From Candidatus Woesearchaeota archaeon (lineage in GTDB: Archaea > Nanobdellota > Nanobdellia > SCGC-AAA011-G17 > GW2011-AR17): 53,977 nucleotides of DNA. Shown here piece after piece: positions 8,608 through 18,430 of the stretch. Position numbers and translations under genes: made by a program. The stretch covers positions 1 through 53,977 of the forward strand of contig JBDRFS010000057.1 of assembly GCA_043818535.1 (NCBI GenBank). The letters are read 5' to 3'. The notes under the pieces are model-generated. The model saw nothing but the letters and a program-made list of their open reading frames with translations. It was not told the origin of the DNA and did no database searches. How positions within the stretch are numbered: the stretch's first letter is position 1; each line of letters starts with the position of its first letter.

Positions 8608-9411
8608 TCAGATAACCCCGGAATGGAAGAGCTCATACAAAAAAAGGATTATCTCAACAGCAATAAGGATTATAATAATCCACTCCAGCCTTGCCGCATG
8701 CTTGTCGCTCAGGCTCTGCATGAAAAGCCTGTAGTTGTCCTGGACAAAATGCATCTTTGACTCAAGGTTCTCAAAGCGCTCCTCAAGCTCAAACTCATCA
8801 ACAAGCCTTGAGTGCAAGGAATCAATGACAGGGCTTTCCCATGCGCTGTCCGGCTTCTCTAAAACCCCAATCCCAGAGACTATCTCTTTCATTATCCCGT
8901 TGTTCATTGCAATTGTCCGCATGATGTCCTTGCCAGACATCCTAAGCCCCCCGTATTTCTCCAAATGGGAGTTGAGCATGGAAAACCTCTCCTCAATAAT
9001 GTCGAACTCGTACTCATAGCTCTCCAGGGCAGCCGACTGCGCAAGCACCCTTGCTATTACCTTGAGCATCCCCGGCTCCAGCTTCCTCAGGACAACCATG
9101 GAACTTGTTACCACAAACTTCCTTGACTTGGAATCCTGCACTACCTCATAGTCTTCTGTTATGGCCTTTTCCTTTATGCTCAGGACAAGATTCTTTAGCC
9201 TATCAATTATTTCCCTTTCCTGCGCAGAGGATATGTCCAGAAGCACTATTGAGCCAAAGGAATAAACATAAAGAACACCTTTGCCCATGCTGTAGATGGC
9301 TGTCTCTTTTGTAAGCGATACCTCCTTGTAAGGCAACTTCCCCTTTATCTTTGAGATGGGGATGTTTTTTGCAACATACAATGCCTTAAGAGTGCACTTT
9401 TCCATAAGCAA
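8608..9411 (-). CDS. RMD1/DUF155-family protein with a C-terminal TM helix
   Basis: The YVYSFGSIVLLD segment, overall length and single C-terminal TM fit the DUF155 architecture. Confidence 0.55.
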   Translation of the reverse strand: MLMEKCTLKALYVAKNIPISKIKGKLPYKEVSLTKETAIYSMGKGVLYVYSFGSIVLLDISSAQEREIIDRLKNLVLSIKEKAITEDYEVVQDSKSRKFVVTSSMVVLRKLEPGMLKVIARVLAQSAALESYEYEFDIIEERFSMLNSHLEKYGGLRMSGKDIMRTIAMNNGIMKEIVSGIGVLEKPDSAWESPVIDSLHSRLVDEFELEERFENLESKMHFVQDNYRLFMQSLSDKHAARLEWIIIILIAVEIILFLYELFHSGVI

Positions 9412-9458
9412 GATATAGATGGGAAGTATATATAAAGCTTATTGCTTTTGTTTTATTA

Positions 9459-10349
9459 ATGCATTGCAAGGAATTTTACTCAAGCCTGAAGAAAGCTGTG
9501 GAAAAAAGGGATGACATTATTTTAGAAGCCTGCGCTGTCCTGGAATATAAGCGTGGAAAGTATGGCCTCATAAAAATAAGCTCAGAATGCATTGATGCTA
9601 ATGACAGAATACTCCTCATAAGGGCAGGCATCCACGGTGATGAGGTTTCAGGGCCATTATGCATCCTCCATAATCTTGGAGAGATTTTTGAGTATGCGCA
9701 TAAGAATAATGTAAAGCTCATAATATACCCTTTGGGCAACCCTTCGGGCTTTGACAATGGGAAAAGGTACAATGAGGACAACGAGAAAGCAAATGATGAC
9801 TTCAAGAGGTATGAACTGGAAGACGGGACAATCAGCGATGACCTGGGGAGCAGCACTTCCTACAAAAAGTGGCACTGGGCCCCTCTAGAAAAGCTGCCAA
9901 AAGAAACGCAGGCAATGCACAAAGAGCTAAAAAAACTGCCACTAAGGCAAATAAAAGGGGTGCTTGACCTGCACCAGGATTACCTCATGCCAAATGCAAG
10001 GCCGGCAGCATACCATTACTCTTTTGGCAACCTAAGCATTTACAAAGGGATAATTGGCAAGATAAGGAAAATAGTCCCAATACTTGCAGATACAGCCATA
10101 AACTCCGGCTTTGGAGTGCAGACAGATTCCTCTGGCAAGGTAATTTCTTCTGAAGGAGAGAGCATTAAAACTAATTCTAATGGCTTTATTGTAAGGTACG
10201 ACTGCACGCTGCCAGACCTTATGAGGGAGCTGGGCGCAAAGTACTGCGTTACTGCGGAGACAACAGGCCCAACTCCAATAAAAATAGCTGAACAAGTCAA
10301 CTTAATCTGGATAAGGGGGATTATAGGCCTTGTAAAGCCTAATAATTAG
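9459..10349 (+). CDS. Zn carboxypeptidase-like (M14 / succinylglutamate desuccinylase-aspartoacylase family) protein
   Basis: RAGIHGDEVSGP zinc-ligand motif (HxxE), with a later HQD. Confidence 0.6.
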   Translation: MHCKEFYSSLKKAVEKRDDIILEACAVLEYKRGKYGLIKISSECIDANDRILLIRAGIHGDEVSGPLCILHNLGEIFEYAHKNNVKLIIYPLGNPSGFDNGKRYNEDNEKANDDFKRYELEDGTISDDLGSSTSYKKWHWAPLEKLPKETQAMHKELKKLPLRQIKGVLDLHQDYLMPNARPAAYHYSFGNLSIYKGIIGKIRKIVPILADTAINSGFGVQTDSSGKVISSEGESIKTNSNGFIVRYDCTLPDLMRELGAKYCVTAETTGPTPIKIAEQVNLIWIRGIIGLVKPNN

Positions 10350-10356
10350 CGATCCG

Positions 10357-10391
10357 AAGAAACAAAAGAAAACAAAGCTGGCTGCCAAAAA
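10357..10391 (-). terminator. Recurring T-rich 3'-end element (copy A)
   Basis: On the transcript strand, directly after the hppA stop: TTTTTGGCAGCCAGCTTTGTTTTCTTTTGTTTC. It shares a GGCAGC plus T-rich pattern with five other gene ends in the window. Confidence 0.3.
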
Positions 10392-12341
10392 TTAAAGAAA
10401 AAGAGGCAAAGCAACCAATGCCACAATAGTCATCAATTTTATCAATATGTTGATAGAAGGTCCGGCGGTATCCTTGTAGGGGTCTCCCACTGTGTCCCCT
10501 ATCACAGCAGCCTTGTGCGCATCAGAGCCTTTCCCCCCATGCAATCCTGATTCAATAAGCTTCTTCGCATTGTCCCATGCACCGCCCGCATTAGCCATGT
10601 AGATAGCCAATAATACTCCTGAAACCAATGCCCCAGCAAGCAATCCCCCTAATCCCTCAACTCCAAGTATGTAGCCTGCAAACAAAGGGGCCAATAAGGC
10701 TATCAAGCCAGGAGCAATCATCTCCCTTAATGCCGCATGAGTGCTAATTTGTATGCACCTTTCATAATCTGGCTCTGCCTTCCCTTCCTTCAACCCTTTA
10801 ATCGTCCGGAACTGCCTCCTTACCTCATGGATCATCTTCAATGCTGCCTTCCCAACAGCTTCCATAGCCAATGCTGAAAAGAGATAAGGCAGCATTGCCC
10901 CTATAAAGAACCCGATAATGGTCTTTACATTGAGGATGTTAATTGAAGCCAGTGAAGCTTCCTGGGCAAAAACCGAAAACAAAGCCAACGCAGCCAGGGC
11001 AGCACTCCCAATGGCAAAGCCTTTTCCAATAGCAGCGGTTGTATTTCCAACTGCATCCAATGAATCTGTCCTCTGGCGAACCTCTTTCGGCAGCCCAGCC
11101 ATCTCTGCTATGCCTCCGGCATTATCTGCAACAGGACCGTAAGCATCTATTGCAAGGCTTATGCCTATTGTCGCAAGCATTCCTACACCTGCAACTGCTA
11201 TCCCATAAATGCCCGCATAAGTGTGTGCTATGTAAATAGCTATTGATATGACAAATATTGGCAATGCAGTGCTCTTCTTGCCTATAGCCATGCCTTGTAT
11301 GATGTTTGTTGCTGCCCCAGTAACAGAGGCATTAGCTATCTTCCTTGCAGAAGAGCCCTTCTCAGATGTGTAATATTCTGTTATAAGGCCAATGAGCACT
11401 CCTGCAGCCATGCCTGCAACTGTTGCATAGAAAACGTCCAAGGAGCCGAAAAGCATTTTTGAAAGGAAGAATGCCAATACAGCCAATACAATATTTGATA
11501 TGAACAATCCCCTTCTCAAGGCAGCTTGTGGATTCCTGGATTTTACGAAAAACATTCCAAATATGGAAGCTGCAGTGCCCAGTGCTACAATCAATAATGG
11601 GTACATAAGCCCGTTGCTGCCGAAAGCCACTATGCCAATTGCCATTGCAGCTATTATTGCTCCTGCATAGCTTTCAAAAAGGTCAGCGCCCATGCCAGCA
11701 ATGTCACCAACATTATCCCCTACATTGTCAGCTATCACAGCAGGATTCCTTGGGTCATCTTCTGGGATTCCAGCCTCAACTTTTCCAACCAAGTCAGCGC
11801 CAACATCTGCCGCCTTTGTGAATATTCCGCCCCCAACCCTCGCAAACAAGGCTATTGAAGAGGCTCCAAGGCTAAACCCTAAGATATAAGTAGTGCTATT
11901 GAAGATAAGGTAAAGCACGGAAATCCCAAGCATGCCCAATGCAGCCACAGTAAGCCCTGTAACAGCGCCTGAGCTAAATGCTATGGCCCACGCGCCTTTA
12001 ATGTCTTTCCTTGCTGCATGGGCAGTCCTTACATTGGCTTTTGTTGCTATGTTCATGCCTAAGAAGCCAGCTGTTGCAGAACATAAGGCTCCTGCTATCA
12101 GGCAAATGGATGTCCTCCAATCTATGAAAATAGCAGTAAGTATTGCCACAACAACAAGGAATATAAACACAATGCTAAACTCTGCCCTGAGAAATGTCAT
12201 AGCTCCCTTTCTTATTGCGAGGGATATCTCTTTCATCTTTGGCGTCCCAGCATCCTTGCTTACTATGGAGCGGAACAGGTATGCGACGTAAGCCAGGGCA
12301 ATAAATGCCATTATTATTGTGTAGATAAAGTAGTTAGCCAT
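10392..12341 (-). CDS. hppA: Membrane-bound proton/sodium-translocating pyrophosphatase
   Basis: 649-aa polytopic protein with GGAWDNAKK and [22 protein letters not shown] signatures. Confidence 0.95.
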   Translation of the reverse strand: MANYFIYTIIMAFIALAYVAYLFRSIVSKDAGTPKMKEISLAIRKGAMTFLRAEFSIVFIFLVVVAILTAIFIDWRTSICLIAGALCSATAGFLGMNIATKANVRTAHAARKDIKGAWAIAFSSGAVTGLTVAALGMLGISVLYLIFNSTTYILGFSLGASSIALFARVGGGIFTKAADVGADLVGKVEAGIPEDDPRNPAVIADNVGDNVGDIAGMGADLFESYAGAIIAAMAIGIVAFGSNGLMYPLLIVALGTAASIFGMFFVKSRNPQAALRRGLFISNIVLAVLAFFLSKMLFGSLDVFYATVAGMAAGVLIGLITEYYTSEKGSSARKIANASVTGAATNIIQGMAIGKKSTALPIFVISIAIYIAHTYAGIYGIAVAGVGMLATIGISLAIDAYGPVADNAGGIAEMAGLPKEVRQRTDSLDAVGNTTAAIGKGFAIGSAALAALALFSVFAQEASLASINILNVKTIIGFFIGAMLPYLFSALAMEAVGKAALKMIHEVRRQFRTIKGLKEGKAEPDYERCIQISTHAALREMIAPGLIALLAPLFAGYILGVEGLGGLLAGALVSGVLLAIYMANAGGAWDNAKKLIESGLHGGKGSDAHKAAVIGDTVGDPYKDTAGPSINILIKLMTIVALVALPLFL

Positions 12342-12397
12342 TTTGAAAAAAATAAAGACTGGGAAGGTTTATATACTTTTCTTCCTCCCTCAATCTT

Positions 12398-13405
12398 ATG
12401 CGGCTTGCTATAGACATATGTGGCGGGGCTGTGAGGGGTGCTGCTTTCTCCATTGGAGCATATCAGGCATTAAATGAGCTGCTCCATTCCAGGCTGGACT
12501 CAGCTGAATGCTACATGGGAAGAAGCTCTGGTTCTGTGCTAGCTTCATTTCTTGCAAATAATATAAGGGCCAACAGGATAATCAGTGGGCTTAGGAAGAA
12601 GTCTGTAAACAAAAAAGATAATTTTTCATGGGAAGTGCTTTTTGGCAAAGGGGCTAAAGCCAAATTAAGGCATTTGCTGGGAAACCCGCTTAAGGGCTAT
12701 TTCTCGCTCAAGGGATTGGAAGAGTATGTCAGGAAGGAGCTGTCAACATATGCCTCTAATAGCTTCCAAGAGCTTGAAAAGGAGCTCATAATAAGCGCTG
12801 TAGAACTGCAGACAGGAAAGCGGAAGCTGTTTGATAACAGCACAATTGAAACCCCCATTTCAGAGGCAGTTATTGCCTCTTGCGGCTTCCCAGTGCTTTT
12901 CAGGCTGCCAGAGATTGATGGCAAGACTTATGCTGACGGGGCAATATCCTCCACTACTACTGCTGATGCAGCGCTGGAAAGAGGCTATGACATGGCAATC
13001 GTGATAAACCCGGCAAGGAACATGAATTCCAATCTCAGGAAGATCAGCAGCTTCTGGGACATTGGGGAGCAGGTTGTGAGGACAATCCTGCATGAAAGCG
13101 CGTTAAGAGAGCTAAGGCTTACAGCTAAGGCTTACCCTGGGAAGGCAATTTTCCTTATAGAGCCTGATGAGGCTGATGATTTTGTGAGCAAGGGCTCATT
13201 TTCCTTCTGGGGAATAGATAAGGCAATAGACCATGGCAGGGAAAGGGTGTTTAGGATATTTGAAGACCATTGGGATGTTCTTTATGAGTACTTCGGGGAT
13301 AGAGGCATTAAGATGTATAATCGTTCCCTTTCCACGCTATTCATGGACAGGGGCAAGAACTATAGGCATACGCCAACAAGACTAGATGACATAGTAATAG
13401 CTTAA
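12398..13405 (+). CDS. Patatin-like phospholipase
   Basis: Oxyanion motif GGAVRG, nucleophile elbow GRSSG (GxSxG) and catalytic DGA (ADGAIS). Confidence 0.75.
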   Translation: MRLAIDICGGAVRGAAFSIGAYQALNELLHSRLDSAECYMGRSSGSVLASFLANNIRANRIISGLRKKSVNKKDNFSWEVLFGKGAKAKLRHLLGNPLKGYFSLKGLEEYVRKELSTYASNSFQELEKELIISAVELQTGKRKLFDNSTIETPISEAVIASCGFPVLFRLPEIDGKTYADGAISSTTTADAALERGYDMAIVINPARNMNSNLRKISSFWDIGEQVVRTILHESALRELRLTAKAYPGKAIFLIEPDEADDFVSKGSFSFWGIDKAIDHGRERVFRIFEDHWDVLYEYFGDRGIKMYNRSLSTLFMDRGKNYRHTPTRLDDIVIA

Positions 13406-13620
13406 TTTTAGGATTTTTAAGGGCAAATGAGTATAAAATAACTTTTAGTTTTTGATTAAAACCTTTAGTATTGGTTATTCTATATATTTGATAAGCTATA
13501 TATAGGTAATAAGATATATTGGCTTTAAAATAGATTGGATAACAGATATATTTCTAATACAATATATAGGTTATACTATATAAATATTTAAATAGTATTT
13601 CCCCTCTAAGATTATTGCAG

Positions 13621-13974
13621 ATGGAGCTTCCAAACCACCTCTCGGTAAAAGGGTTCTTAATGCTCCAAATACTGCATAAGTTAAACAAACAGAGGCTTTG
13701 CGGGGACGAGCTTGCAGCAATTATTGGGGGTAAACGAGGCTCTAAACTCACTCCCGGCACTATCTATCCCGCCTTAAAATTTCTGAGGAAAAAGAAATTA
13801 ATCCGCCAGAAAAGAGCCGGAAGGAAAAAGCTGTACGAACTTACTCCTGAAGGAAAGGAGGAATATGCTTTATTTCGCAGGCTATTCCTCAAGATGTTCG
13901 GTGACATTTTGAGGAGTCCTCGCAAGCCCACCAAAAAGAAGAAAGTATCCAAAATCAAAGATTCCAAGAAATGA
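13621..13974 (+). CDS. PadR-like winged-HTH regulator with a basic tail
   Basis: Contains LCGDELAAIIGG...LTPGTIYPALKFLRKKKLIRQKR...YELTPEGKEE. I chose ATG 13621, because the track start at 13615 is TTG. Confidence 0.62.
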   Translation: MELPNHLSVKGFLMLQILHKLNKQRLCGDELAAIIGGKRGSKLTPGTIYPALKFLRKKKLIRQKRAGRKKLYELTPEGKEEYALFRRLFLKMFGDILRSPRKPTKKKKVSKIKDSKK

Positions 13975-14033
13975 TTAAAAGTTTTAGCAAGACTAAATGA
14001 GGGAAAGAGGGATTTTTTCTTTTTTTTCTTCCC

Positions 14034-14852
14034 TTACAAGGCATCCAGAGGCGACTTGACCTTCTTTAATTGCTCAGTAGAAACTTTTGTATAGCGTTCC
14101 GTAGTAGCGAGATTAGCATGCCCCAGAAGTTCCTGTATTATCCTTATATCTGTCCCAGCCTCCAAAAGATGAGTCGCAAAGCTTGATCTCAAAGCATGGC
14201 AAAACACCCTTTTCTTTATTCCTGCCCTCAAAGCAGCCTTTTTAACAACATTCTGGGCCTGCCTGGCAGTAATATGCCCTCCAAGGCCAGGAAACAAGTA
14301 AGGATTGCTCTCAGAAAGCCCAGAAACATACCCTTTCAAATGCCCAATAAGCCTAACAGACAGAATCATATTCCTATCTTTCTTGCCCTTACCCCCAACA
14401 ACCCGGGCCATACGCTCATCAAGGTCAAAATCATCCTTCTTCATAGCAACACACTCAGAGACCCTCAATCCAGAAGAGTACATCAGCTCTATCAATAGCA
14501 AATGCTTAGGATTAATAACTGCTTCCAAAAGGACCTTAACTTCAGCCCTAGTAAGCACAGTAGGCAGTTTCTTCTCCGTCTTGGCAGTTTTTATGCCTGC
14601 AAACAGCTCACGCCTATTCAGTACTTCCTCATAAAAGAACCTAAGAGCTGACTGCGCCAGATTAACAGAAGCAGGACTATAGCTTTTGTCAGAGAGAAGG
14701 TGTGCAAGGAAAGACTTGACATCCTGTTGCTTAATATTTTTAGGTTCTTTGTTAACATAAGTCAAAAACATCTTATTAAGCCAAAGATAAGAAGCAATTG
14801 TCCTAGGACTAAAAGCCCTTAATTTCAACTCCGTTTCAAGCATTTCTAGCAT
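14034..14852 (-). CDS. Tyrosine recombinase (XerA/XerC/D-like integrase)
   Basis: N-terminal SAM-like core-binding domain. The catalytic region contains HALRSSFATHLLEAGTDIRIIQELLGHANLATTERYTKV (R..HxxR..H..Y). Confidence 0.85.
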   Translation of the reverse strand: MLEMLETELKLRAFSPRTIASYLWLNKMFLTYVNKEPKNIKQQDVKSFLAHLLSDKSYSPASVNLAQSALRFFYEEVLNRRELFAGIKTAKTEKKLPTVLTRAEVKVLLEAVINPKHLLLIELMYSSGLRVSECVAMKKDDFDLDERMARVVGGKGKKDRNMILSVRLIGHLKGYVSGLSESNPYLFPGLGGHITARQAQNVVKKAALRAGIKKRVFCHALRSSFATHLLEAGTDIRIIQELLGHANLATTERYTKVSTEQLKKVKSPLDAL

Positions 14853-15381
14853 TTTCTTCCGCTATTTTCTTTCTTTCCGATAAAAAGGTTGATGGCTTGC
14901 ATTTTGAGACACCATATCCCTTTTTCTTCAAAATATTTATTATTTCATCGAAGAATGCATAAGAATGAATCATTTTGTGGCAATTAGGGCATAAACCCAC
15001 AAGATTGCCCCGATAATTATTTTTCCTATTTCCGTCTAAATGATGAAGTTCAACTATTTTTGAAAAACCACAGACTATACATTTCTTAGTAAACCTCCTC
15101 AGTTTTTCCAAACTAATACCATAATATTTTTTAGCATTATATGCTTTTATATAATCATAATGATGCAACCGATTATAGCAAGTAACACAAAGCCCAAAAG
15201 CCTGGTGAGGGCGATCCCTTTCACAATTTTTACAAGTTTGACTCTTTGGCTTCCAATAGATATTTTTATAGCATTTTTTACAATAACCTTTAGCACCATT
15301 TTCTAATCGCTTACCACAGCCCTTACAATCAATTAATGGCCTCCCATTAGGGTTGGGGTTAGGATATTTATTGTACATCAA
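14836..15381 (-). CDS. HNH endonuclease with an N-terminal Cys-rich zinc-ribbon repeat region
   Basis: Contains ELHHLDGNRKNNYRGNLVGLCPNCHKMIH and several CxxC pairs in the N-terminal half. It overlaps the integrase start by 17 nt. Confidence 0.75.
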   Translation of the reverse strand: MMYNKYPNPNPNGRPLIDCKGCGKRLENGAKGYCKKCYKNIYWKPKSQTCKNCERDRPHQAFGLCVTCYNRLHHYDYIKAYNAKKYYGISLEKLRRFTKKCIVCGFSKIVELHHLDGNRKNNYRGNLVGLCPNCHKMIHSYAFFDEIINILKKKGYGVSKCKPSTFLSERKKIAEENARNA

Positions 15382-15610
15382 TTGTTAGAGGGATAATAAG
15401 TATAAAAAGGTTCGCATAAGTAATTTATCGAACAGCGTCCAATGACTATAAGACGAACTTTTAGTTAAAAACCCCATAAAACAGCCTAATTCATAGGTTT
15501 TCAGCGCCAAAAACCCCACACAATCGCTTTTTTCAGCAGAAGTAAAAGAACTTTCCACAGTTACAGCAGGAAAAGTGCAGGCTGCCAACCCATTAGAGAA
15601 AAACATACCC

Positions 15611-16552
15611 TCAAGAAGATCCCAAAGACTGCCCCAAAACCAAGGAGAACTCATTCTCAAACTCATCAGCAATATCCCTATCATGGATCACAAGCACATT
15701 CTCATCATTATACTTATTGCCGTTTTGAGTAGGATTATATGAGCCCGTCACCACAAGATCATCTATTATGAAGACCTTATGGTGCATGTTTGCCTTATTA
15801 GCATCAAGATTAACATCAATATTGTTGGACTTAAGATGAGAGTATTGGCTGAACTTAGAGTTTTGAGAAGATTCCATAACCCCTTTAACCTCAACAGCGT
15901 TAGCAGCAGAGATCAAGGCATCTGCCACTTTTCTTGAGGTAAATGAGAATACCATGAAGTGGATAGAGGAATTAGCACTATTTATTGCCTTTATCAGGCG
16001 CTCTTCGCAGCCGTCTTCTGGGCAGAAATAGGCTTCGTACAGGCTCCCGTCAAGAATTACCTCATTCTGCCTTGCTTTTTTGCCCCCACCAAAATACCCG
16101 CCCCAGAGCTCGTCAAATTCATCTTCATAGGGCTTTTTTAGCAGGTTGGAGTGTATTACCACAAGATTATTGTTGTTCATTGTGTTGCCCCGAGCAGTAG
16201 GGTTAAATGAGCCTGTGAGGAGACCATTGTCCAAGATGCAGAACTTGTTGTGCATCAATGCTTGCCCATTGTCTGACCTTGCACCCTTTATCTTGTTCTT
16301 GTCATCCATCACAAGCTTTTTGCCATCTAAAGCTGCCTTTATCTCGTCTAGGTTAATGTCGTAGAAGGCGCATTTGGGTTCTTGTGAAGCTTCTAAGGCC
16401 GCGTAGAGATGATGTGAACAGTTGTCTCTAGGACAGAAGTAGACATCAACAGAAGTGTTTGATTCTTCTGGAATCTTTGAAGGGAAGGCCAGGACAAAAG
16501 TTATTGCTGCAATTATGAGTATTGAGGCTATTGTTAGAAGAGTTTTTTTCAT
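15611..16552 (-). CDS. Membrane-anchored phospholipase D/nuclease-family protein (two HKD motifs)
   Basis: Contains HNKFCILD and HHKVFIIDD, each followed by GS.N. I chose ATG 16552 (MKKTLLTIASILIIAAI, a signal anchor). The longest ORF extends to 16666. Confidence 0.8.
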   Translation of the reverse strand: MKKTLLTIASILIIAAITFVLAFPSKIPEESNTSVDVYFCPRDNCSHHLYAALEASQEPKCAFYDINLDEIKAALDGKKLVMDDKNKIKGARSDNGQALMHNKFCILDNGLLTGSFNPTARGNTMNNNNLVVIHSNLLKKPYEDEFDELWGGYFGGGKKARQNEVILDGSLYEAYFCPEDGCEERLIKAINSANSSIHFMVFSFTSRKVADALISAANAVEVKGVMESSQNSKFSQYSHLKSNNIDVNLDANKANMHHKVFIIDDLVVTGSYNPTQNGNKYNDENVLVIHDRDIADEFENEFSLVLGQSLGSS

Positions 16553-16716
16553 AAGAAAAGAAGCCAAAATTAGCTTAATAAGGTTTTTTGAAAAAAAGAA
16601 GGGGTTTTTCCGGATAAGAAAAGAAGGCAGTCTGGATTCCTTGTTTTTTCTAAGAGAGAAGACCAAGGAATAAGGTTTGAATTTCCGGCCAGGTTAGCCT
16701 ATTCTTTCAGACTAGC

Positions 16717-16932
16717 CTTGAAGAAGATTTAAAGGGTATCAAAGAGGCTGTAGCATGTGGCATTTTGACCAACCTTTGCGCTAGAAGCCTTATTCAAGAT
16801 ACTTATGATCGAGATTTTGGCACTATATTCATTAAAGACTGGTGTGTGGCTTTTGACAAAGAGACTCAAGATTTCGCTTTTAAGGATTTTAAGGAGACTA
16901 AGGAGGAGGCTGAATTATTAAATCTAGATTAG
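16717..16932 (+). pseudogene. 3' fragment of an isochorismatase/cysteine-hydrolase-like gene (no start codon)
   Basis: Hand translation gives LEEDLKGIKEAVACGILTNLCARSLIQDTYDRDFGTIFIKDWCVAFDKE...*. It resembles the C-terminal G..TN.C.... catalytic-Cys region of isochorismatase-fold enzymes. The frame is open only from about 16679 and has no ATG. Confidence 0.38.
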
Positions 16933-17200
16933 TTCATAAAGTAATAGACACTCCAGATTACTTCTGGAAAGAGCTTGCTTCGCCAATCCTTTGAGAGTCT
17001 GACCCAAAATCATTCAGCCACACAACGAAGAGAATCCCTTAAGCCTAAAATATCTAATCAAAAACCAGACCTTTTGTGCCCAATGAACTGATAAAAAAAA
17101 GAAACCAGGAAGGTTTCCCGTTCCTGGTTCTTAACAGGGCCTTTTTTTACCCCCAAAAAGGCTCACTTTTCCTCTTTTTCCCTGTAATAGGAAGTATAAT

Positions 17201-17815
17201 CTATTTGGATTTCACTTTCACCTTTGCAATCAAAGGTTTTTTCTTAGCTTTGTAGTAAGGATTATTTTTAGTGGAATAGACATATGCCTGCTTCCCCCTC
17301 CTTTTTCTTTTCACATAGCCCAATTCTTCAAGTTGTGACACGAATTGTGATAATGCCGAACGCACTTTTGTGTAATCCTTATCAGGATAAATCTCTTGGG
17401 CAAGATACTTAAGGCTCACCCACTGGTCAGGGTTCTCTTTTTGTATTGAAGCAAGTTTCCAACAGATATTCTTTTGCGTGTCTGTTAAGAGTTCCCAATT
17501 TGAATCTTCTTTTGGTTCCTCGCCATGCAACTCTTCAACCTCGGCGGAGTTCTCTTCTTCTAAAGAAGTTTCATCTCCGGCATCAATTTCTGAGATTTCT
17601 ATTAGCCTTTCTTCTATACAATCTAGCCTAGCCAAGATGGCATCAAAGTTTTTGTCGTGCTGCTGATGCTTTTCCTTGAAGTGGACTAACCATTTACTAA
17701 CATTATGTATATCCTTTCTTACAGCACCAAGAGAGTTTTTAACATCTCTCTCAACTTTTTCAACTCGCTTATTTGAAGAATCAGACCTACCAAATAACCA
17801 GGATATAAGGCTCAT
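17201..17815 (-). CDS. Coiled-coil protein with a C-terminal winged-HTH-like domain
   Basis: 204 aa with an acidic linker and a C-terminal SLKYLAQEIY...VRSALSQFVSQLEELGYVKRKRRGKQAYVY. The domain layout resembles the 18422 ORF. Confidence 0.5.
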   Translation of the reverse strand: MSLISWLFGRSDSSNKRVEKVERDVKNSLGAVRKDIHNVSKWLVHFKEKHQQHDKNFDAILARLDCIEERLIEISEIDAGDETSLEEENSAEVEELHGEEPKEDSNWELLTDTQKNICWKLASIQKENPDQWVSLKYLAQEIYPDKDYTKVRSALSQFVSQLEELGYVKRKRRGKQAYVYSTKNNPYYKAKKKPLIAKVKVKSK

Positions 17816-17825
17816 GGTTTAAGGT

Positions 17826-17956
17826 AATACTAACGCATTATTAAACTTTACGGTAAGTTTACCGACACGTTACCATCACGTTACCGACGTGTTACTAACG
17901 CGTTACTAACGTTAGCTAACACGTTACCGACAGTTTACTAACGCATTACTAACGCT
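17826..17956. repeat. Phased 11-bp tandem repeat array (iteron-like), consensus about CGTTAC(C/T)(G/A)AC
   Basis: About 9 consecutive 11-bp units from 17857 to 17955. TTACTAACG is exact at 17892, 17903, 17935 and 17946. TTACCGAC occurs at 17859, 17881 and 17924. An outlying copy sits at 17827. The array lies 40-140 bp upstream of the ATG at 17815. Confidence 0.75.
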
Positions 17957-18204
17957 TCAGAGTTAAGATTTAAGCAATTCTTGCTAAGAACATAACATCC
18001 AAAATTGATTTAAGGCCAGAATAATGCCAAAAAATAAAAGATGAGGCTTAAAAGTAAGTGAGAATATTTGTTTTTGTGTGGCTGCCCAGTGTTTTAGATT
18101 GCAAGAAAAAGCATTAGAAAACTTAAGAGACCTAAGATAAATAATTGAAGAAAAAAAGCTAAAAAAGCAAGAAAGGGTAGTTTAAGTAGAAGTAAAAAGT
18201 CACT

Positions 18205-18430
18205 AAAAAGAGAGTTCAAAACATTAAATAAGCTATTTTGACGATACTATACCTCAGCTAGCCGAAAATGAGGCTAAAAAGGAGTAAAAATAGCTCAAAA
18301 ATGAGAGTTCAGAGGGGTCAAAAAGCAACAAAAAATCACTATGAAAACCAACCCATATAAAGTGCCGCCTAAAGAGTAAAGAGAGGGGTTAAATAGGGCA
18401 AAAAAACTCAAAAATGAGAGTTCAAAACAT
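18205..18430. repeat. Three dispersed copies of AAAA(A/T)GAGAGTTCA(A/G)A with flanking GTAAAAA similarity
   Basis: GAGAGTTCA occurs at about 18210, 18303 and 18416. The last copy overlaps the stop codon of the 18422 ORF. On the minus strand the copies read GAACTCTC(A)TTTTT, which is T-tract terminator-like. Confidence 0.5.

Noticed and set aside
10918-12291. Several plus-strand ORFs of 60-119 aa lie inside hppA. Similar antisense or out-of-frame ORFs lie inside the aldolase, LonB, MscS, ArgRS, SerRS, GlmS and PolD DP1/DP2 genes and inside 28184-30666.
   Set aside because: All are nested within long ORFs that have strong family signatures. They have low-complexity Ser/Pro/Leu-rich translations typical of antisense frames.
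13405-13620. An AT-rich spacer with repeated ATATATAGGT(A/T)AT-like words upstream of the PadR-like gene might be an origin or unwinding element.
   Set aside because: There are only two loose copies embedded in generic TATA-rich sequence, and there is no initiator gene or ORB-like dyad nearby. It is more simply promoter or operator sequence.
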